The notes under the pieces: model-generated
Told to the model about the DNA's origin: nothing
Database searches by the model: none
What the model saw: the letters and a program-made list of their open reading frames with translations, nothing else
In this document: one piece after another, positions 60,530 to 64,000 of the stretch
How the letters are laid out: each line of letters opens with the position of its first letter
Position numbering within the stretch: the first letter of the stretch is position 1
NCBI RefSeq assembly: GCF_006345805.1
Contig: NC_043002.1
Span: 73,656,001 to 73,720,000, forward strand
Direction of reading: 5' to 3'
From: Octopus sinensis
Lineage: Eukaryota
DNA: 64,000 bases
Made by a program: the position numbers and the translations under genes

Positions 60530-61320
60530 CCATGTCATGTACAAAAGAAGCCTTGAACTGTCTGAATTTCAAAGAGGCTGCAATTCTGAAGGTGGTCATA
60601 GCATAAGATCGCAGAAAACCTTGAGATCCAAATTTCTACAGTTAATAGAATGATTGTGCAATTCACCAGAGAAGGAAAAGAGTCCACATCACCTCACTTA
60701 GATCAACCAGGGCCCTCTGACAGGACCCTTCACTTTGTTAAGAGAAATGTGGAGGATAATCCTCGCTGCAAGGCTTCTGACAGAGCAGAACAAGTTGATG
60801 TCAGTCCCAGAGCAGTTGTGAGGTATGTCCACAAACTGGGTTACTATGGCAGAGCAGCAAGAAGGAAGCCACTTCTTCAACAAGCCAACATCAAGCAAAG
60901 AAAAGATTGGGCCAGTGAGATGCTGGGGAGGCCATTAGCAATTTGGGACACTGTCATATTCTCTGATGAGTCCAGATTTGCTGCATTTCCTGACAGTGAT
61001 CGACTGTGGGTCTGGAGACACTGTGATTAAGAATTTGATGTGAAAATATTGCAGCCAACAATGAAACACAGCAGTTATTCTGTAATGGTCTGGGGTGCAA
61101 TTTGGAGCAATGGATGATCAGAGCTGGTGGAGTGTGAGGGAAACATAAACTCAGGTAAATATGTGTCCATATTGCAATTCCTTCCAATCTTCTCCAGTGG
61201 TGAAATGATTAAAGAAGACTATTTATTTATGGAACATGGTGTTCCTTGTCACATAATGACCCAAGATTTGTTAGATGAGAATGGCACCAAAATGCTTCCA
61301 TTGCCAAGCCAGTCACCTCT
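60530..61320 (+). mobile_element. Tc1 (DDE) transposase remnant
   Basis: GRAARRKPLL..WDTVIFSDESRF..VWR..TMKH..SVMVWGAI..GNINSGKYVSIL..FMEHGVPCH..LPSQSP. Confidence 0.88.
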
Positions 61321-61437
61321 GGGACATAATGGACAGGGCACTTCATAAGAAAAACAAGAATTAGTGCCTTATAATGACTCTTCCCAGACACAACAGAATA
61401 TGCTTCAACACACGAACTCAGATAAAGAATCTTGCAA

Positions 61438-61474
<37 letters not shown>

Positions 61475-61574
61475 ATATATATATATACATATATGCACAA
61501 TATATATATATATATATGCACAATATACGTATATGTGTGTGTGTGTGTGTGTGTGTGTATATACATATATGCAA

Positions 61575-62745
61575 TTTAAGAGCTCTTGTCTCTGGTTCAA
61601 AGCGTTTTTATCATGGAACAGGATGAAGAACTTTTCTGAGAGGCAAAGATTACATTTCATAGGTCTTTTATAAGCTCTATGTCTATATGCTGATGCATTT
61701 TCTAGAATTTTCCAGGTTAACTTGAAAGGATGGGTGTCATTCTCTTTCAATTCCCAGACATGCTTTGCAAGACTAGTTGCTGTCCTGTTCTTGGGGTATC
61801 AGAAAGAATTCCGGTAGGGATAGAATCAAGTCTTGAATGAATTTTCTGAAGCCCCTGTATATGTTTTATATTCTTGCAAGCCATCTACTTGCACTTTGGC
61901 TCTATAAACAATGCCTTTTTCAAGACATTTTCCTTCCAATAGACAGCAAGTCTTATCTTTGCCGTTGCAGTTCCTCTCGGCACTGTAGTTGTCTGTAATA
62001 ATTTTTGTGCTATGCTGGCTAATAAAAGAAGCAAAGTTTTTGCAACAAGAATAGCTAACTTTCAGTGTTCTCCTATTAAATATTCTATAGAACTTATGGC
62101 TAGATTGAAAATGCTTAGAACCTAATTTTAAGAATTCCCTTTAAGAATATTAGTTTTTACGGCCATATTAAATGTGGAGTTAAACAAAACTTTCCTAGTT
62201 CTAGCTCTACATGGCCTGTTATTGCTAGAATTAACTTGACTATACTGGACTTTCTCTGAGAATCCACTTTTCCTTAATGCATTGTTGTAATATGGCACAG
62301 CATTTTGAAATGCTGTCTCATCTGAAGAAATTGATGATATTCACCTTCCTACATACTAACTAGGTTCTTAAGAATTACGGGTAGATGATTAGATTCTTTG
62401 CTAATATAACATATCTTTTCATTGGACTTATGGTAAGGTTTTAATTTATTTAATTGTAAATCTAAGTTGATATCTATAAAGATCTACGTTTTTAAGGTTA
62501 CTTTCTATAATAATCCATAAGACTATTCTTTGAAAGAAAGTAATCAGATTCTTCCTAAGTTTATCTAACTCATGGCTGTTTAAATTATGGGTGACTATAA
62601 GACCGTCATCCCTGTATAATCCCGCATTTATAAAAGGGAATTCTAGATGCAGATTATGCAAAATATAAGCTCCAATAAGCATACATAACTCTGCCCCATC
62701 ATATGCCCCCATTAGTACATCGAAAAGAGAATCCTCACTCTTTTT
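61575..62745 (-). mobile_element. Penelope-like retroelement remnant (RT C-terminal part plus GIY-YIG)
   Basis: GAYDGAELCMLIGAYIL..GLYRDDGL (RT). Then YIGASENSFKT..TSLAKHVWELKE..TWKIL..KCNLCLSEKFFIL (GIY-YIG). Confidence 0.88.
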
Positions 62746-63174
62746 GACCTAGGTAAAATCCTAGTTAAAAAAGAAGGGATATCTATTTCCAAGTTATTCA
62801 TGGTGACATACTACTATATTTGTACTTATGTAGATATACATGTAATTTTATGTGTGCATTTTTATGTGTTCGTTGCACAAGCTATATGAAGTATCTAATC
62901 ATTGTTGGTTACTTTTGAGCATCATAATGTAGCATTCTCTGCCCCTATCTATTTTCCCCTTTCTCTCGTTAGCTTTCTGTTTCCCTTTCTTTTATTTTCT
63001 TTTTCTTCTTCTCCACTGTTTTCTCCCTCCTCCCCATACTAAATATTTTCTGATATTTTCCCCTTCTCTTACTTTCACCTGCAACAACTAACATGTATAA
63101 GCATATGCCAGGAGAATTTGTGTGCGTGCATGTGTGCATGCATACACACACACACACACATATATATATAAAGC

Positions 63175-63545
63175 ACGCGGGCGGAATGCTTAGCGGTATT
63201 TCGTCTGTTGTTACGTTCTGAGTTCAAATTCTGCCGAGGTCGACTTTGCCTTTCATCCTTTCGGGGTCGATAAATAAAGTACCAGTTTCACACTGGGGTT
63301 GATGTAATCGACTTAATCCATTTGTCTGTCCTCGTTTGTCCCCTCTATGTTTAGCCCCTTGTGGGCTGTAAAGAAATATATATATATATGCGTTTATATA
63401 TATGTAACTCGGCAAAAGAGACCGATAGAATAAGTACTGGGCTTACAAAGAATAAGTCCCGGGGTCGATTTGCTCGACTAAAGGCGGTGCTCCAGCATGG
63501 CCACAGTCAAATGACTGAAACAAGTAAAAGAGTAAAAGAGAGAGT
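63175..63545 (+). mobile_element. SINE family A body followed by the shared LINE-like tail
   Basis: gagttcaaattctgccgaggtcgac.. then ..aaggcggtgctccagcatggccacagtcaaatgactgaaacaagtaaaagag. Confidence 0.85.
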
Positions 63546-64000
63546 ATGCGTCTGTATGTGCAGTGTATATATGTATATTATAGATGGTTTGGAATGTGCA
63601 TATACTGCTAAATGTATATGTAATCCAGGGTGAAAATTTTTTTTAAACGGATATAACTTTGAATGTATTAATTGACTAATATTTTACAAATAATTATTTA
63701 CCCTGGGTATTTAGGCTCTGTCCTTCTTCATAAACTATTTTTGATTAAAGGTTTTCTTCAATTTTATAATAATAAGATTTTTATACAGAAATATGTTCAT
63801 TGCATGCAACAGTCATGGTAAAGACCGTTATTTGAAAATGGAACAAGACCCTCTGGTATTCGAGTACAATTTTTTCCACTTTGTTTCGCATTTATTTGCT
63901 TACTCTGGTATATACAAAGATATACATACATATATATATATATATATAAAGATATACATATATATAAAGATATACATATATACATAAATATATACATATA

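Overview
This is AT-rich animal genomic DNA. The SINE families and repeat landscape point to an octopus (coleoid cephalopod), which is an inference. One protein-coding gene is supportable: the 3' part of VPS16 (HOPS/CORVET subunit) on the + strand. It has 12 coding exons between 343 and 23631 that I spliced by hand into an open frame of about 476 aa plus stop; the 5' exons lie upstream of the window. Two consecutive introns are atypical. Intron 466-1581 needs a GC donor to stay in frame. Intron 1710-3771 has the U12 (minor spliceosome) donor GTATCCTT and branch point TTCCTTAAT. The introns and the roughly 40 kb downstream, where I recognise no further exons, are packed with transposons. These include a near-intact CR1/L2-group LINE, RTE and CRE-like LINE fragments, Penelope-like elements with hammerhead-like motifs, Gypsy LTR remnants with tRNA-Trp primer sites, and Tc1/mariner, hAT, piggyBac-like, Merlin/IS1595-like and Helitron-like DNA elements. 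There are also many tRNA-derived SINEs, palindromic MITEs, microsatellites, a ~0.9 kb tandem duplication and a 2.6 kb A-rich tract. I found no clearly new multi-gene system. The best leads are the adjacent GC-AG and U12 introns, a LINE-SINE shared 3' stem-loop, hammerhead-like motifs, a twin-priming-like inverted RTE insertion, and long intronic hairpins. No searches were run; family assignments rest on remembered motifs. Repeat boundaries are approximate unless a TSD is quoted.
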